A DNA stretch of 64,000 nt from Paraspadella gotoi (Eukaryota > Animalia > Chaetognatha): NCBI GenBank assembly GCA_051294375.1, contig CM119267.1, positions 4,974,558 through 5,038,557 of the forward strand. Reading direction: 5' to 3'. The stretch's first letter is position 1; each line of letters begins with the position of its first letter. The translations under genes and the position numbers were made by a program. Shown piece by piece: positions 24,001 through 37,584 of the stretch. Below the pieces are notes generated by a model. That model had not been told where the DNA came from and made no database searches. It saw only the letters and a program-made list of their open reading frames with translations.

Positions 24001-27000
24001 GAGCCCTTGATTTAAGCCAATCGTCAGACTCATCGTGACATCGTTGCCTAATACAGCGTAGTCACATCAACCCAGTACGACACGCTCAGTTCCGTCGATG
24101 CACTTGCAGGCTATAAAAAAAAATGTATATGTGACAAAAGATTATGTGATATAGACCAAGAGAACAGCTGAAAGAAGAGTAAAAGAAAAAAAATGGAAAA
24201 ATATTATAAAAAAAAAGAAAAGAGAAGATCCATATAATGATATTAGATTATTAATTTATAAGAAATAAACAGAATTGATAAAGAAGATACTTGCCAAGAG
24301 CCACATACCTAATTTCTTAAAAACATCAACAAATAGAAAGAAAAAACTTGAAAATGAAAGCCAAAAGCATCTGAGTAACTGTTATAATTTAAAAAAAATA
24401 AACTGAGAAGAATAACAAAAAGAAAGAAAATAGAAAATAAAAGGTAAAAGAATAATGTTAATAGGAACAGGAAGGAAAGGAAAGAAAGAAAAAAGGAAAG
24501 AAGCGAAAATGGAGAAAAAATAAAGAAAAAGGAAGAAAGGGAAAATATAAGAAAAAAGAAAGAAAAAGGATAAGGTTCAGAAAGAAAGGAAAGGTATACT
24601 GTTACAACGCAAAACGAAAATAGTATAAAAGGTAATGAAAAGAGAAAGAACATACTTTTCAAAACAGAAATGATTGTAGGCATGTAGGATTGTCTATTAG
24701 AATCCTCGGGGAAGGGGAATGGTGGTTCTCAACTCTTCTTCTATAGATGCTGGTCCTCCCTCTATTTCGCACAAAGTACAACACTATACAATCCCTCCGC
24801 CCAACAAATTAAAAAATATAATATAAAAGTATCTATATAACAAACATAAATAAACGTGGTAAGACTTTAAAAAGTACTATTTTAAAAGTCTCTAATCTAT
24901 AGGAGGACTTGAGAAATAAGTGAAAACAGTATTTTCTGAAATTTCCATATACACGGGAATAAAAGAAGGAAAAAAAGCTGGAGTGAGAAAGTTTTCAGGT
25001 GGAGTCACAACAAACGCGAGAGTCACGGTTTTGCATTTTTCGTTTTCGTCTTGTCTGGGCGTCGTGCGTCGTTTTCTGGGCGTATGTGTCGAGAAAGACG
25101 GAGGGAGAATAATAATGGTAAGGAGGCGTAATGGGAAATGGTAACGTGTAAGGAAATTCTTAGATCGCCGGGTGAAAGAGGGAGAAGATAGAGGAATACG
25201 TTTCGTCGTCTCTCCTCTTCTTCAGTCTCTCTCTTCCTCTCTCTCGTTGCTCTCTCTCCGTCTCTTTCTCTCCTCGTCTTTTCTGCACTTCTGTTTTGTG
25301 TTTTTTTGCTTGGCGGCGTCACGTCGTTACGGTGTGGGTTTTTTTTTCGTTGACTCTTTCGCTTGATCTCGTGACGCGGTTCACGTGATGATTTTCGCGA
25401 TTTCACGTGAAGATCCGTCTTTCAGGCCACGTTGACAAAAGTGGTCGTCACGATGCGCGCGCTCATGAGATCCGGTTAGACGCCACTTGGATGAAACTGT
25501 CGAAAGATGCGCCGGCCGCCGTCGGCGCCGACGGTTTCAGTTATTAACCTCGAACGATACACAGGCGGGCGGTGGTCGAGAAACTAAAACCAAAAGAACA
25601 ACATCATAATAATCATTTATATTCATTAAATATCATTAGAATTACCATTATATTATTATCCATAATTGTTAATAATTATAGATTTTATCAACTAGCAAAT
25701 TTTTTTTTAAAGTTGCGAGGTGTTTTGTTTTAGCTTTAGTAAGTATGTTTTTTATTTGAAAGTGACTCGTAGCAGTAAGATGCGAGCAGATATTTCGGTG
25801 GCATTATCTATAGTTAGGACAGTATCAGGTAATTCACACCGAGGGACTTGAGATATATACTATGGGTTGTGCGATAAAATCTCAGAGAAGTGCAAGTAAG
25901 AGTTCTTGGCGCGCGCAAGGATGTTTATGGCAGGCGCAACCGGACAAACCGCCAGAACGTACGAGAGGCGTAACAACAACGACGGTAGATTCCGTGAGCG
26001 GATACTATTCCCAGGTGCTCACAGAAACTAGTAGGCATCAGCCGGTGCATGTATAAGTCGCTGCTACAAGAAAAGTGTATATGATCATTTTCCTTTTTCA
26101 ATTTTATTGTATGAATCAAAAATACCTACACTACCAAACATTTCGTATCTTCTGTTCGATATGATTGCTGTAAAGTCGTCTTGTCGGCGGTCGTCGGGCG
26201 TTGTTCGTATCCGTTAATTTTTTAGAACTTTAACGTTTGCGTATGGAAATCGGAAATATCGTGGTTTCGGTTTTTGTACTAAGAAATCAATTTAATATTC
26301 ATTATTTTAGAGACTTTGCGATCGGATCATTCGATAGTTTCATTTGTCTGACGGTCCGGAGAAACGTCCATCGCATCAGCTGGCGGTCGTTTTGCGTAGG
26401 GCGATCGGGAGGCGTTCGCTTTGGCTTCCTGTCTGTGTCGTTTTTCCATGGGCACGGCCTTCCATCGGTCGCGACATTTTTATAAAATAATAAAAGAGGG
26501 AAATGCTTTTTTCTTTCTCCGGGAGTGTCCTGAGACCTGGTCAGCGTGATTTCTGCGTCGCGGTGGATGGTATTTATAAGATGGGGTTAGCGAAGAGCGA
26601 ACGAGAGTCGACACAGTCGTCGATTGACGTCAGTTGTTTTTGATGGCGTAATGAAAGATCGAGAGGTGTGCAGAGTTCTGGCTTCGAGGGTCATAAGCGG
26701 TTTAACCGTTAAATCATTTTTTCGGGAGAGAGGACTCTCTTGCATATTGTAAGGTTTTTTAATTTCACTTTGTTCGTCCGGCCGTCGTCTTCCTCCCAAT
26801 CTCTTTGTCGGTTAAGTACTTAAATTATATCAGACATTGGATTTATAATAGAATATCAATTAATAATTGACTGGTCTCGGCTCCTTCGTGGTCCGTTTGG
26901 CCGTTCCGGTCCCGTTCCCTTAGCTTTGAAAGCCAATTACTCATACATTATGGTGGTGATATTGAACTTGAAATTTTGTATGTGATTGGTAAGAGAAGTG

Positions 27001-27060
27001 TTTAATTATGGAGCCTTCGGATGGGTATCGTCGCGATTGTCGGGACAATGTATTATAATT
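20668..27060 (-). other. Probable indel-corrupted exons of a fibronectin type III-like multi-domain gene
   Basis: Minus-strand fragments MPGKLYNKLSLTDADNSLL/LKSDFSNVF/VETF (~21730-21830), TIKNLIE../YDI (~22500-22540, after TTCTGCAG acceptor at 22553) and DAEITLT/GLR (~26525-26560); GTAAGT donor at ~20669. No continuous frame. Confidence 0.3.
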
Positions 27061-27760
27061 ATGGAGAAAAACTAAAAAACCTTTTCCGGCCAATTGATAT
27101 GTCTATTTTATTTTCTTTTTATATTAAATGTTAAATACAGAATGTGATTATTATTTATACATATTTAATCAGTTTTAATTATACATATTAGTCCATATTC
27201 TTAGATTATTTATTTTGAGTAATTATTCAACTAAATCTGGTGTGTGATCTGGCTATTAATTGTCATACGTTCGTCCATCATTCGTTCGTATGTTGTTTTG
27301 TCGTGGTCAGTGACGAAAAAAACTAAACTAACATTCGGATCAATATTTAATTAATTAATGACTAATGATAATTAACTTGAAATTAATTAAGTTATCGGTT
27401 AATATGATCGTGGGCAGATTCCGGCATTGTTTTTGACCTCAACAACTTGTTTTTGTTTAGTTTTTTAATAGTCGTCTCAATGAGAAAAAAAAGTGGTGGA
27501 GTAAAAAACTAACCTTTTCTATTAATAGCACTTCACTATTTCAGATAATTTTCTCAAATAGATAGTAATATGCTAAAAGTTGTGTAGAATGATCACGTAC
27601 AAGGTTTTTTATAATAGTTTGTTAAACAAAGAGATTTCCGAGAAATAAACTTAACAAAATTGTTTACGTCACGTAGGTTGTACGTGAGAAAAGACAGACG
27701 AAATTTTTGTTCCTTTTTTTTGTTTTTTTTTTTGGTTTTCCGAAGTGTAACGTGTCGGCA

Positions 27761-27774
27761 GTCGTCATGGCAAC
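27761..27774. promoter_or_regulatory. RFX X-box-like motif GTCGTCATGGCAAC
   Basis: Perfect GGCAAC half-site with one mismatch in the other half; CpG-rich context. Confidence 0.35.
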
Positions 27775-27922
27775 GCACGTTTCCGCCTCATACGCCGAAA
27801 ACGTGATAAAATTACGTTCGCAAATGAAAAATTACGCCTCCATTTTTGTTAACCGTCGACAGAAGAGAGAGAGAGAGAGAAAGAGAGAGAGACGAGAGAG
27901 AGAAGAGAGAAGAGAGAGAAGA

Positions 27923-27955
<33 letters not shown>

Positions 27956-28398
27956 AAACCGTTCATCTTTCCCATTCTTCATGCCAATGTTTGTCTCTAT
28001 GGCATTTGCTTTCCCTTACTTTCAGCAGTTTTTCTCTCTCTCTCCTCTCTCTCTCTCTCCTCTCTCTCTCTTCTCTCTTTCTCTCTCTAACTCACGTTCG
28101 GTTCGTCTATCTCTCTCTACGTCTCCTACGGTTTCAACTAATTCAACGAGAGTCAATGGCTTCCCCCATTGGCTTTGTCGTCGAGACGTCTTTTCGTCGT
28201 CGTCGTCGTCGTCGTGTCGTCGTCGTCCCTGCGTCCAAAGATGCACCTCCTCGCGAAAGTGAAGAGGGCGTTATTTCTCGCTCTTCCCGCTAGGATGAGA
28301 AAACAAAAACAAATGACGTCGTAATAAATTTTGGAAGAAAAAAAAAAAAAAGTTGAGAGACGCACGACACGATTTTTATGTTTTGTGTTGTATTTCAC

Positions 28399-28452
<54 letters not shown>

Positions 28453-29629
28453 AGAGAGAGAGAAAGTTGCCGGAGAGAAACTGAACAACTCGAGAGAGAA
28501 AAAAAGGAGAGGGAGGAAGTGGAGGAGCCGCGACGTCGCTTCCCGTGGACGACGACGACGAACGACGAACGACGAAGACGACGAGACGACCGACGAACGA
28601 CGACGACGACGATGAAGACGACGAGTACGACGGCGAGGACGACGAAAACGCGCGCCGCCCTCCGAGGATGACGTTCGACAGCGACGACGAACACGACGAT
28701 CGACAAAGACCCCAGAACTGCAGGAACCGGGAAACGCCGTTAAGACGACGACGACGACGACGACGAAGAAGAGAACGATGATCGAAGACAACCAATGACG
28801 ATGAAGGACTATGAAAAATCGTCAAGGACTCGTCCGAGACAGTGGGGAGCGGAAGGAGGGGGCGGGAGAGGGGAACCGCGGCGATTTTCCGCGACGAGCG
28901 CCAATGGGACGGGAGAAATCGGTTCCGAGGACCGGTGGTGTGCGTACGAGGCGATAGAGAGGAAGGTGAAAGAGAAAAAGGAGAGAGAAGAGAGGAGAGA
29001 GAAGAGAGAGAGAGAGCCGAGAGAGAGAGAGAGAGAGAAAGAGCAGAAGAGAGAGAGAGAGATAAGAGAGAGAGAGAGAATTGCGGCGTCGGTTTTTAAG
29101 AAGGACCACTCCTTCCCTTTCGGCTCTGAGGCGGAATATTCGGTAAGATTTTTCTCTCGATATCAACTCTATTAATGAATTTTGTTCGAGGGTTAGGATA
29201 TGAAATAATGATGATCGTCGTTGTCAAATTAATTTCATGTTAGTCAACTTTCCACCTTAAGAAAACGGAATACAGGAAGATGTGCAATGAATCTCAAGAA
29301 TGAAATTGAAATCTGTTAATTATGATTGTTATTATTAAGTTCACCTCAGTATTAATGTTATTTTATTAATATAACGATATTTGCTTAATCGATATCCTCT
29401 TAATTTGATAAAAACATTCGGTTATAGAATGAACAGAGAGTGACAAAAAGATGAATGATGTCATCCTATTGGGTCTAACTTTTTATGCAGTCAAAGATTG
29501 GATCGGATATTCGTCATCCGGATTCGTTCCTCACTGATAGAAAATAAGTAACGAGTACATTTTAGCATATACATGCACAATTTCATTAGAACATTGAGCA
29601 TGAAACGACCTTGTGGGTCAATTATAAAA

Positions 29630-29848
29630 TAGTGAAATATCTCCTTGTTCGAAAAAACCTCAAATCTTAGTGACTGCTTGCGCCGCCTTCAGGAAATCCT
29701 ATAACAATAAGGAATAAAAGACGTCAATTTCGATGCAGTGCTGCCATAAATGCAAGGGCCAAAGAAAGTTTTTTGTTCATTGTCATTGTCATTATGTGAT
29801 AAAAATTAATCAACTAGGCGCAAACACATTGGAATCGCCGTTCCTGTA
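29630..29848 (+). mobile_element. HINE family partial (3') copy
   Basis: GCGCCGCCTTCAGGAAATCC..CATAAATGCAAGGGC..ACACATTGGAATCGCCGTTCCTGT matches 40680-40880. Confidence 0.7.
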
Positions 29849-29864
29849 ATAGATTAAAAGATAC

Positions 29865-30085
29865 GTAGTACGGGCATTGCCTAGTCTCACCACCGCCTAT
29901 AAAAACATGACTCCTTCAGTCCTGACCCGGTGGCTCATGAGTAAAGCCATCAGCCGTGGGTTGTGGCGAACACCTTAAAGCCTGGTTCAAAGCCCAGGAA
30001 CCCTTCCATAGCCTACTAAAGGGGGTTTTAGAAGTTACGGATAATCCATCTTCAGCCCACTTCCGCCTTTATCACAGATAGTAAC
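29865..30085 (+). mobile_element. SINE-like family copy with internal deletion (B box lost)
   Basis: GTAGTACGGGCATTGCC..GACCCGGTGGCTCATGAGTAAAGCCATCAGC..CCTGGTTCAAAGCCCAGG..CTTCAGCCCAC matches the reverse complement of 14970-15266. Confidence 0.7.
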
Positions 30086-30345
30086 AAGAAATCTGCGTGG
30101 TGTCAAACTGCAAAATGTCAGAGAATTAAACAAAGGCCACTCGGTGAACATGAGGGCTTAGGTCAATAATTTCAATTATATCTGTCAAGAACTCATTAGT
30201 CTGCCCTAATAAGCTAAATCATTTTGAGAAAGAGACAGTTAGTGTGATGTAACTTCTGCTCTGTGTTCGTTGAAATTCGTTTTAACAACAATACTAAAAG
30301 AGTTCCTCTTACGTCAATTCTTAGGAAAAAAAAAATATTGCGAGA

Positions 30346-30435
30346 CCTTAAACCACCAAGCCTGTCCCAAAGTCAGGGGGCAAGATAGCTATTTATTAAA
30401 TGATGGATAATTTTTATTGGTTTACCAATTTCATA
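30346..30435 (+). repeat. Copy of the 4292-4685 repeat family
   Basis: CCTTAAACCACCAAGCCTGTCCCAAAGTCAGGGGGCAAGATAGC..CCAATTTCATA. Confidence 0.75.
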
Positions 30436-32371
30436 TAATCGACACGAACTTACGACGAATATAGTCTACAATTTCTTCGTTACATTTGTAATTTTTCTTC
30501 TTCAAAATTTTTTTTCGACGTGAACATTTTGCGTTGCCAAAACAAAATAGCGTTCCGAAGAAAAAGGAAAAAAAATCGGAGAAATCTCTGGATCCGGATT
30601 CCGTTCCGGGACCAAGCTCCGGCAGCGCTCTCCCTCTCTCTCTAGGAACCTCTTCGCGCCACGGCCGTGTCTCGCAGCGTAGACCTCTAAGTCTCGTCGC
30701 CGAACGGGGCACGACACGTCCACTCGACGCCGCTGGCTGCACCATATATTAGTTTCTTCGAGCGGACCGAATCGCAAGGCGGCAAAGAAAGGAACTCACA
30801 GCAACAACTGGTCCATAGCTCTCCCGTCGTTTTTGGGCGAGGAGAGAGCCAAGGAGCCAGTAGGAATAGTTATTATTTTCGTTCTGGCGTCGTCACGAGG
30901 CGCCTGCATTAAGGCTCGCATAAAGTGCTATAAAAGAGGGGTACCTGGCGAAGCTCTTGGGTACGAATAAGCTTAGCTAGAAGCGAGTCCGAAAAGACCT
31001 TAGTCTGGATCGTCCGAGTGCGGAGATTAAACGCTTACGTAGGAATTAACCGATTTACTTCGTATCCATTCTTTTTCAATTTATCGTGTACGACAATCCA
31101 AATTCATCATATGAGCGAGGTTTAAGTTAAATTAGTATCATACAGACCCGCACAATGTGCAGTTGTTAACGCCAGATGTTTCGTCTGTGTTGAAAGTGTT
31201 GTTAATAATTAGAAGTCCGATCACATCCTCTAATGTACCAATAGAAGAGCTTCATTTATTAAAATGTATAAAGTATTAAGGCATTAATATTTATTTTCTT
31301 CTCAATATATCTTGTCGTTTATCTATTATGGTTACTTCAACTGGTTACGCCATCCTATGCCAAAATTCTTATCTTAAGTGTTTCATTTTGAATAATTCCG
31401 AAAGAAGATACGTGGGTTTTACGCCACAAATTAAATTTGTAATATGGTTTTCTGTTGCCTTTTACGCCCATCTACGCCAAACCTGGAAAAAAAGGGTCAG
31501 TATTATAATAAGTGAATTAGTCTGAAATTCACATCTACAATCCCTGTGCCTCGTAGTTACTAGAAATAAAACAAAGTCTTAGCCACAGATTAGATCAAAT
31601 ATTATTTTAGCGGTTTTGTTCATTTACGCCATTTCAGTACCCCACATCTGTATGAACCAATAAGGACGGTGATCAAATTCAATGGAAACACCCACTAAAC
31701 CAAAAATGATTACTGAGGGAGAAAGAGTCGAAGAAAAAGTCATTATACGCTGGCCGACTAATCCATGAACTCCCATATTAAACTGTCTTTACCTTGCATT
31801 TCACGCCATTTTTTAGCCACAATTCTTTTCCACTTTAAATATTAAAACATTACACTTATTTAACATGATATATTATTAAACATTCCTTTTGAAAATCATT
31901 AACGGACCACATATAGTCAACTAGGACACAAATACATATTGGCGTACATATTTTACGCCACCAGCGCCCAACAAAAACACGTTATAAATAAAAAAAAAAA
32001 GAAAAAATACAAATCTGAATCACGAATCTACTATGTATTTTAATTAAATTAAATAAAGCCGTTCTCATAAAATTGTTTGCTTCATCCTCCTGACAGAGAA
32101 AGAACAGATAGTACCCAAAAAATTGACGTAAATCAGCTTTGGCGCTAAATCAAATCTTTCAAAAGTCACACTAATTGAAACTTAACGATTAAAAGTACAC
32201 TTCCTTAGGCCTAATAGTAAGGTAAAACCATCGGAAATGAGAAAATCTGAGTTTTTAATTTATGTGCAAGAATAAACCCAATCTAAGAACCTTATAACAT
32301 GTATTTAAAAATGTATTTAAATAATAATTACTGAAAAATATACATTGCCCTCAAAATTCGTAAATAAGTAT

Positions 32372-32620
32372 GCTAGTCGGAGATATGCATAAGTTTCACC
32401 CACGACCTGATAAAACTAATTGAATACCTGACACCGTCGTGTCCACGCATGGAACCACCTGAGGGTAAAACCATCAGCAATCATAACCACGAGGACAGCC
32501 GTAAGCCTCGCTAGGGGCGTAGAAAACCCATTCAGCCTGGTTCCAAGCCTCGGACCCGAATTAACAGATAAGAGCTGCTAGACGTAGGGTTTAAAGCCCT
32601 CCATTAGCGAGTGTATTCCA
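32372..32620 (+). mobile_element. SINE-like family copy (diverged/noisy)
   Basis: GTAAAACCATCAGC..TCATAACCAC..GAGGACAGCCGTAAGCC..CCTGGTTCCAAGCC, plus the upstream CTAGTCGG..TTCACCC segment. Confidence 0.55.
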
Positions 32621-33057
32621 TCGTGCTATTTAAAATATAGTGAAAATATGATAAGAAAAATGTTATCTATGGACGAATATCAAGTTCGTTTTTCTTCCAA
32701 ATGGTATGAGCGAGAAAGCACAAATTGAAAAGAAATAGTGAAAAAAAACATTATAAGAAAAAATTCGCTATATATAAAAACGCTCAAAAAAGGATAGGTT
32801 GGCGTATAAGTGTAAATTAGTGTTTCGGGCCAAATCAATTTTGTAATTATATAAATTCTATTGACTTGACATTCGTCTACATTTACGATCAGAGCATTAC
32901 GCGAAGAAAAGTCAGTCAACGTTGATGCTATCCAATGAATAAGGGTTTTCCTCTTCTTACTTCTTCTTCCTTCTTCTTCCTCTCTTCTTTCTCCTCTCCT
33001 TCCATTCTCCTGAATAATTCATCTTCCATATTTTTTCGTTCCACCTTAAACATTTAG

Positions 33058-33339
33058 GGAGAGAATCGACGTCGAAACGCAAATCCCGACGGAATCGCGG
33101 GGAAAACAAATTTGGATCAAATTGGGACCGAATGTCGGACCCCCGGTGAATTCTGTTAATCTTTCACCGGTTTAGAATCACAGCTTACCTTCCGAAACTT
33201 TTCAACTTCGATAATCCTTTCGCATCGAATCCTTGTTCGACTTTTCCAGATTTTTTCACTGATCCGATTTCTGACTCTCATTACGATCAATCCTCGTCTT
33301 TATTCAGGAATAAATCCTTAAAATCTAAACTTACAAACC
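33058..33339 (+). other. Candidate exon (frameshifted)
   Basis: TTTAG acceptor and GTAAGG donor; 3' part open as LFNFDNPFASNPCSTFPDFFTDPISDSHYDQSSSLFRNKSLKSKLTN; no recognisable family. Confidence 0.25.
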
Positions 33340-33368
33340 GTAAGGATCATCTTTCACAGTCTTTGTTG

Positions 33369-33688
33369 GGCCATATTTTTCGAAACCGCCCGATATCAGG
33401 TTTTTCAGTTTTTTTTTTTTTTTTTTAAGTTTAAAGATTAGGTTAAAAGTGGGGGTAAGTTGTTTGGTTAAGGATTAATCTCAGGGATTTGGTTAGGGAG
33501 TAAGGTTAAGATTAGGGGTTAGGATTAGGGGATAATATTATGGATTAATGTTAGGGATTAAGGATTAAGGATTACGTTTGAGTAAGGGATTAGGTTATAA
33601 ATTTTGAAAGAGATCAGGGTTTAATTTAGTATTAAGTTTAAGTTCAGTTATTGAAGAACAGAAATTGGGCGTTTACGGAAAATAGTGC
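33369..33688. mobile_element. MITE-like element enclosing degenerate TTAGGG-like repeats
   Basis: Imperfect 24-bp inverted ends (33370-33393 vs 33665-33688, 18/24 identical); near-TSD TCTTTGTTG/TTTTTGTTG (8/9); interior of GGTTAG/ATTAGG/TTAAGG units. Confidence 0.5.
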
Positions 33689-33991
33689 TTTTTGTTGATC
33701 GTTCAAAACACTGCCAACGTCGATAACCCCTAGTTTCCTCGTCCCTCTTTCCCCCTAAAAGCCCACCCTTTACCCCTCTCTTTCTCCTCCCCCCCTTAAT
33801 ACGAAAGAGATAACCCCCCGGGGATTAGCAAGACGAGAAGTCTTTTCCCCGCGGGGAAGATCGAGTTTAGACGGCGGAATCATTTCGCTTCTTAGTCTCA
33901 AAAAGAAAAAAAACCTTGTAATCCTTTCGGATAAATTCGTTTGCCGCCGGTAAGTGTATGAGGAAGAAGAGAGAGAGAGAGAGGAGAATGA

Positions 33992-34037
<46 letters not shown>

Positions 34038-34039
34038 TG

Positions 34040-34071
<32 letters not shown>

Positions 34072-35665
34072 AAGAGGTCATAAGGTAATAATAGCGCGGG
34101 AAAATGACGGCAAAGGCAATAGAAGAAGGTATCCCAGTCAAGAATTAGTTTGAAGGAAACAGTGCGGTGATTAGAAAAGTCACCGACCGAGCCCTTTTCA
34201 TTTTTACTCGATCTCTTACACATTCGTGCTCGTCTTTAGCCTCTCTCCTCTGCTCTCTGATCTCTGTTCTACTCTCATCTCTCTACTCGTCTCTCATTTG
34301 CTCAGAAAAAGCGAGGATCGATTCGGTTCTGTCACATGGTAGAGTTGTTAATTTCCCTCTCAACAGTTTCAAAAAGTTTGTTTTTTCTATTTTCGATAGA
34401 TCCAAGCTTACCATTTTGCTACTTATCCTTTCTCATATTCAAAATGAGTTTAGGTGAGGGTGGACTCGTCTAGTTTTGGCGCAAAAACAACTGTACGACG
34501 ACGACTAAACGATAATAAGTACATAGCGGAGGCCGAATATAAATTCAGTCGAGTTCAGCTATAAACGATTTTATAAACTTACAAACTAAAAATTCACTAT
34601 TAAGCAGCGTCAGAGGTAGCCAAATAATCAAAGCAGTAACGAATGACAACGTCCGGAAAATGAGCAGTGTAATCACTACTAGTGATATATTATGTTACGA
34701 AAATAACTATCTTTAATATGCGAGGAAATCCAGCTTCTCTATCTTTTCCGCACGTGCTCTTTTGGCTCTTTATTATCTGACATCGAAATGCATCCATTCT
34801 AGGCGATCGACACGAACATCTTAGGCTCTTTCTTTTGTTTATTCTTAAGTACAGAATTCCGAAGGCAGTGTACAGCTGATTCTGATTGGTGCCCGTGATT
34901 TCGATAGATTTCGATTTAAGATTCTAATCGAATTCTACCCACGTCGGCATCTTCAGATCTCAAAGTTGTCACTGGGTTTTTAGTTCTTTTCAGAGCATAG
35001 AAACTCTTTTATCAGATATTCTCGGAATCTTATTTTTTGTGTGATCGGCTGGTTTGGTGGACTTTTCTATGAAGAGAAGCATCTCTTTTTGGTTAATATT
35101 GGCTTCAGAAACAAGTAAGAAAGACACTTCTTAAAATTTATATATATTTGCTGAGTTTGTACTAAATGTTTTGTTATTCCTTGCCGCAGGACTTCTAACA
35201 ACTTAAGACTACACTTCTTCAGACTCACGTCAACATTTGTCAAATCCTGGGCTTCGTAGACAGTCGTCATTTCGGCCTTAGCCGACGTCGTCTACTGAGA
35301 CTTTGTCGTCAGCATCTCCAGGGCGTCTGGACCGGCGCCATCGTCTCTTCTGCGCCATTTTACCCGATTCCATCTGGTCTTCAATGTGCAGAATTAGCCT
35401 AGTCAGTTAGAATTCAAAGACGCCACTTCTCCGAACTTAGTTCAATACATATCATATTAAGTTTAAACTATGATCATCACAAAAATAACAAAAAAACTAA
35501 AAAAAAAAATAAATACCTAAAAAACTCTATTTCGTTCATGGAACACTCATTGCATATGAAATAATTAGAATATATCATGATGTTTCATACAAAACAATTT
35601 ATTTAGCCCAAATATCAACAAGCAACGGTTATTTTCTCTCGGCCTCCGCTCTCTCTTTCAACGCA

Positions 35666-35784
<119 letters not shown>

Positions 35785-36035
35785 GACTCGGCTTTCCTTC
35801 ATAACCGGAGTCCGTTTTGCCGAACTGGATCGATGCCAGAACGATCTCCCTTTCCAGGCAGAAATAATGATCTCATTGGCCGAGACATAAAAGGCGAATC
35901 ACCGCGCCGGCGCGACGCTGAGGTACCGGCGCTTATATTTTGGTCGTCGTTGTCGTTGTCGTTGTCGTCGTCGTTGTCGTCGTTGTGTTCGACAATATCG
36001 AAAGATCGTTGTTTTGATTGCGTCGTCGGCCATTT

Positions 36036-36150
36036 TGAAATTGGAACAACCAATATAAAAATTATCCATTCATTTAATAAATAAGCCATCTTACCCCTGA
36101 ATTTGGACAGGCTTTGGTGGTTTAAGGCCTCCATCACTCTTACAAGATTA
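36036..36150 (-). repeat. Inverted copy of the 4292-4685 repeat family
   Basis: TGAAATTGG..TTTGGACAGGCTTTGGTGGTTTAAGGCCTCCATCACTCTTACAAGA is the reverse complement of ~4570-4684. Confidence 0.75.
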
Positions 36151-37465
36151 TAATATTATTTATAGCCTTTATCATTATTAGTTATTTTTCGCCTCGTCAT
36201 CGTTGCCGGCTTTTATCTTTCGTCTCCGGGGTATTATTATCAAGTTTGTTGTTGTTGTTGTCTTCGTTGTTATTTTCACACTTTCCGTCGTTGTTCTTAT
36301 CATTGTCAAGGAAACGGAAAGGAATGCAGTCGTAGTAAAAAAAGTTATCTTTACTTTTACAGTTTTTCTCTCTTTTTTTTTTCTTTTTTTTTTGGCTTCG
36401 AATTCCTTGAAACTCAAAAGAGGAAAACGAATAAAGACCGGAAAAAAAAAATTGTTGCGATACTTTCTTACTTTTCTTTCCGTTTATTTTTTGTTTCGTT
36501 ATTTTCTATTCGATATTTTCCTGCTTTAATTTCTTTCCTTCTTTTTCCTTCTTTTTTTTTCTTACTTTTTTGGCTTTTAGGTCTTCGCCTACTTACGATG
36601 ATTTTTTTTAAATCACTTTTTACTGGTTAGTTTTTTTTCACGCATCAACGCATCGTTTTAAACTAGTTTACGATGTTGTATAAAATTTTCTACTCTGATC
36701 TTCTGTAACTTAAAAAAACCTTAAAGAAAAAGTAATAAAGCTTAAAATATTATTCGAAATAATATTAATATTAATTATGTAAATAATAATAAATAGTTCG
36801 CATCCTTGAACTTTTCCAAGACTCGTTTTTTTGTTTTTTTTTTTTTTTTGTTTTTTTTGTTGTTTTTTTGTTTTGTGCCACAAAAATCAACGAAAAATCG
36901 AAAATTTTGTTTTTTTCGCTCGAATTCGATTTTGGAATCGGATCAAAATCCAATTGTGGCAGAGAGAAATAGAGAGAGAGAGAGAGAGAGGAGAGAGGAG
37001 AGAGAGAGAGAGAGAGATGAGGAGATCGAGAGAGAGAGAGGAGAGTGAGAGAAGTATTGTGTCTCCCAGGGGAGTTAGTCAGGAACAAGGTGAGAACTTA
37101 GAAGACAAGAGAGAGAGAGACAGAGAGAGAGAGAGAGTCTGAACTTTAGAGATGTAATTGAAATCTGAACCTCTATTTATCCTTCTCTCTCTCTCTATCT
37201 CTCTATCTCTCTCTCTCTCTCTCTCTTTCTCTCTGCCAATTTGCTTTTTGAAAGTTCCGTCTCCCCTTATCATCTTTAATTCCTGAAATATGTATCTCTT
37301 GCGGAAAATACTAACTCCAATCTCCTAATCCCATACACACTCTCGTCCCTATTGTAAAAGAATGTGCCAGTGCCACCTCCTCCAAAAACCGGAAATGCCA
37401 TCTTCTCGTGCTTAAACCCAGAGACGTCGAAGACCTTTCACTCACTCACTCTCGCCCGCGAGAGT

Positions 37466-37584
<119 letters not shown>

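Noticed and set aside
27846-29175. ORFs with poly-R/D/ER runs, with a donor-like CG|GTAAGA at ~29143
   Set aside because: Dominated by (GA)n and (GAC)n microsatellites; may contain a real exon, but no consistent frame or domain is supportable
34700-35400. Possible LINE ORF1 or gene fragment on the minus strand
   Set aside because: No motif I can name with confidence; sequence appears error-rich
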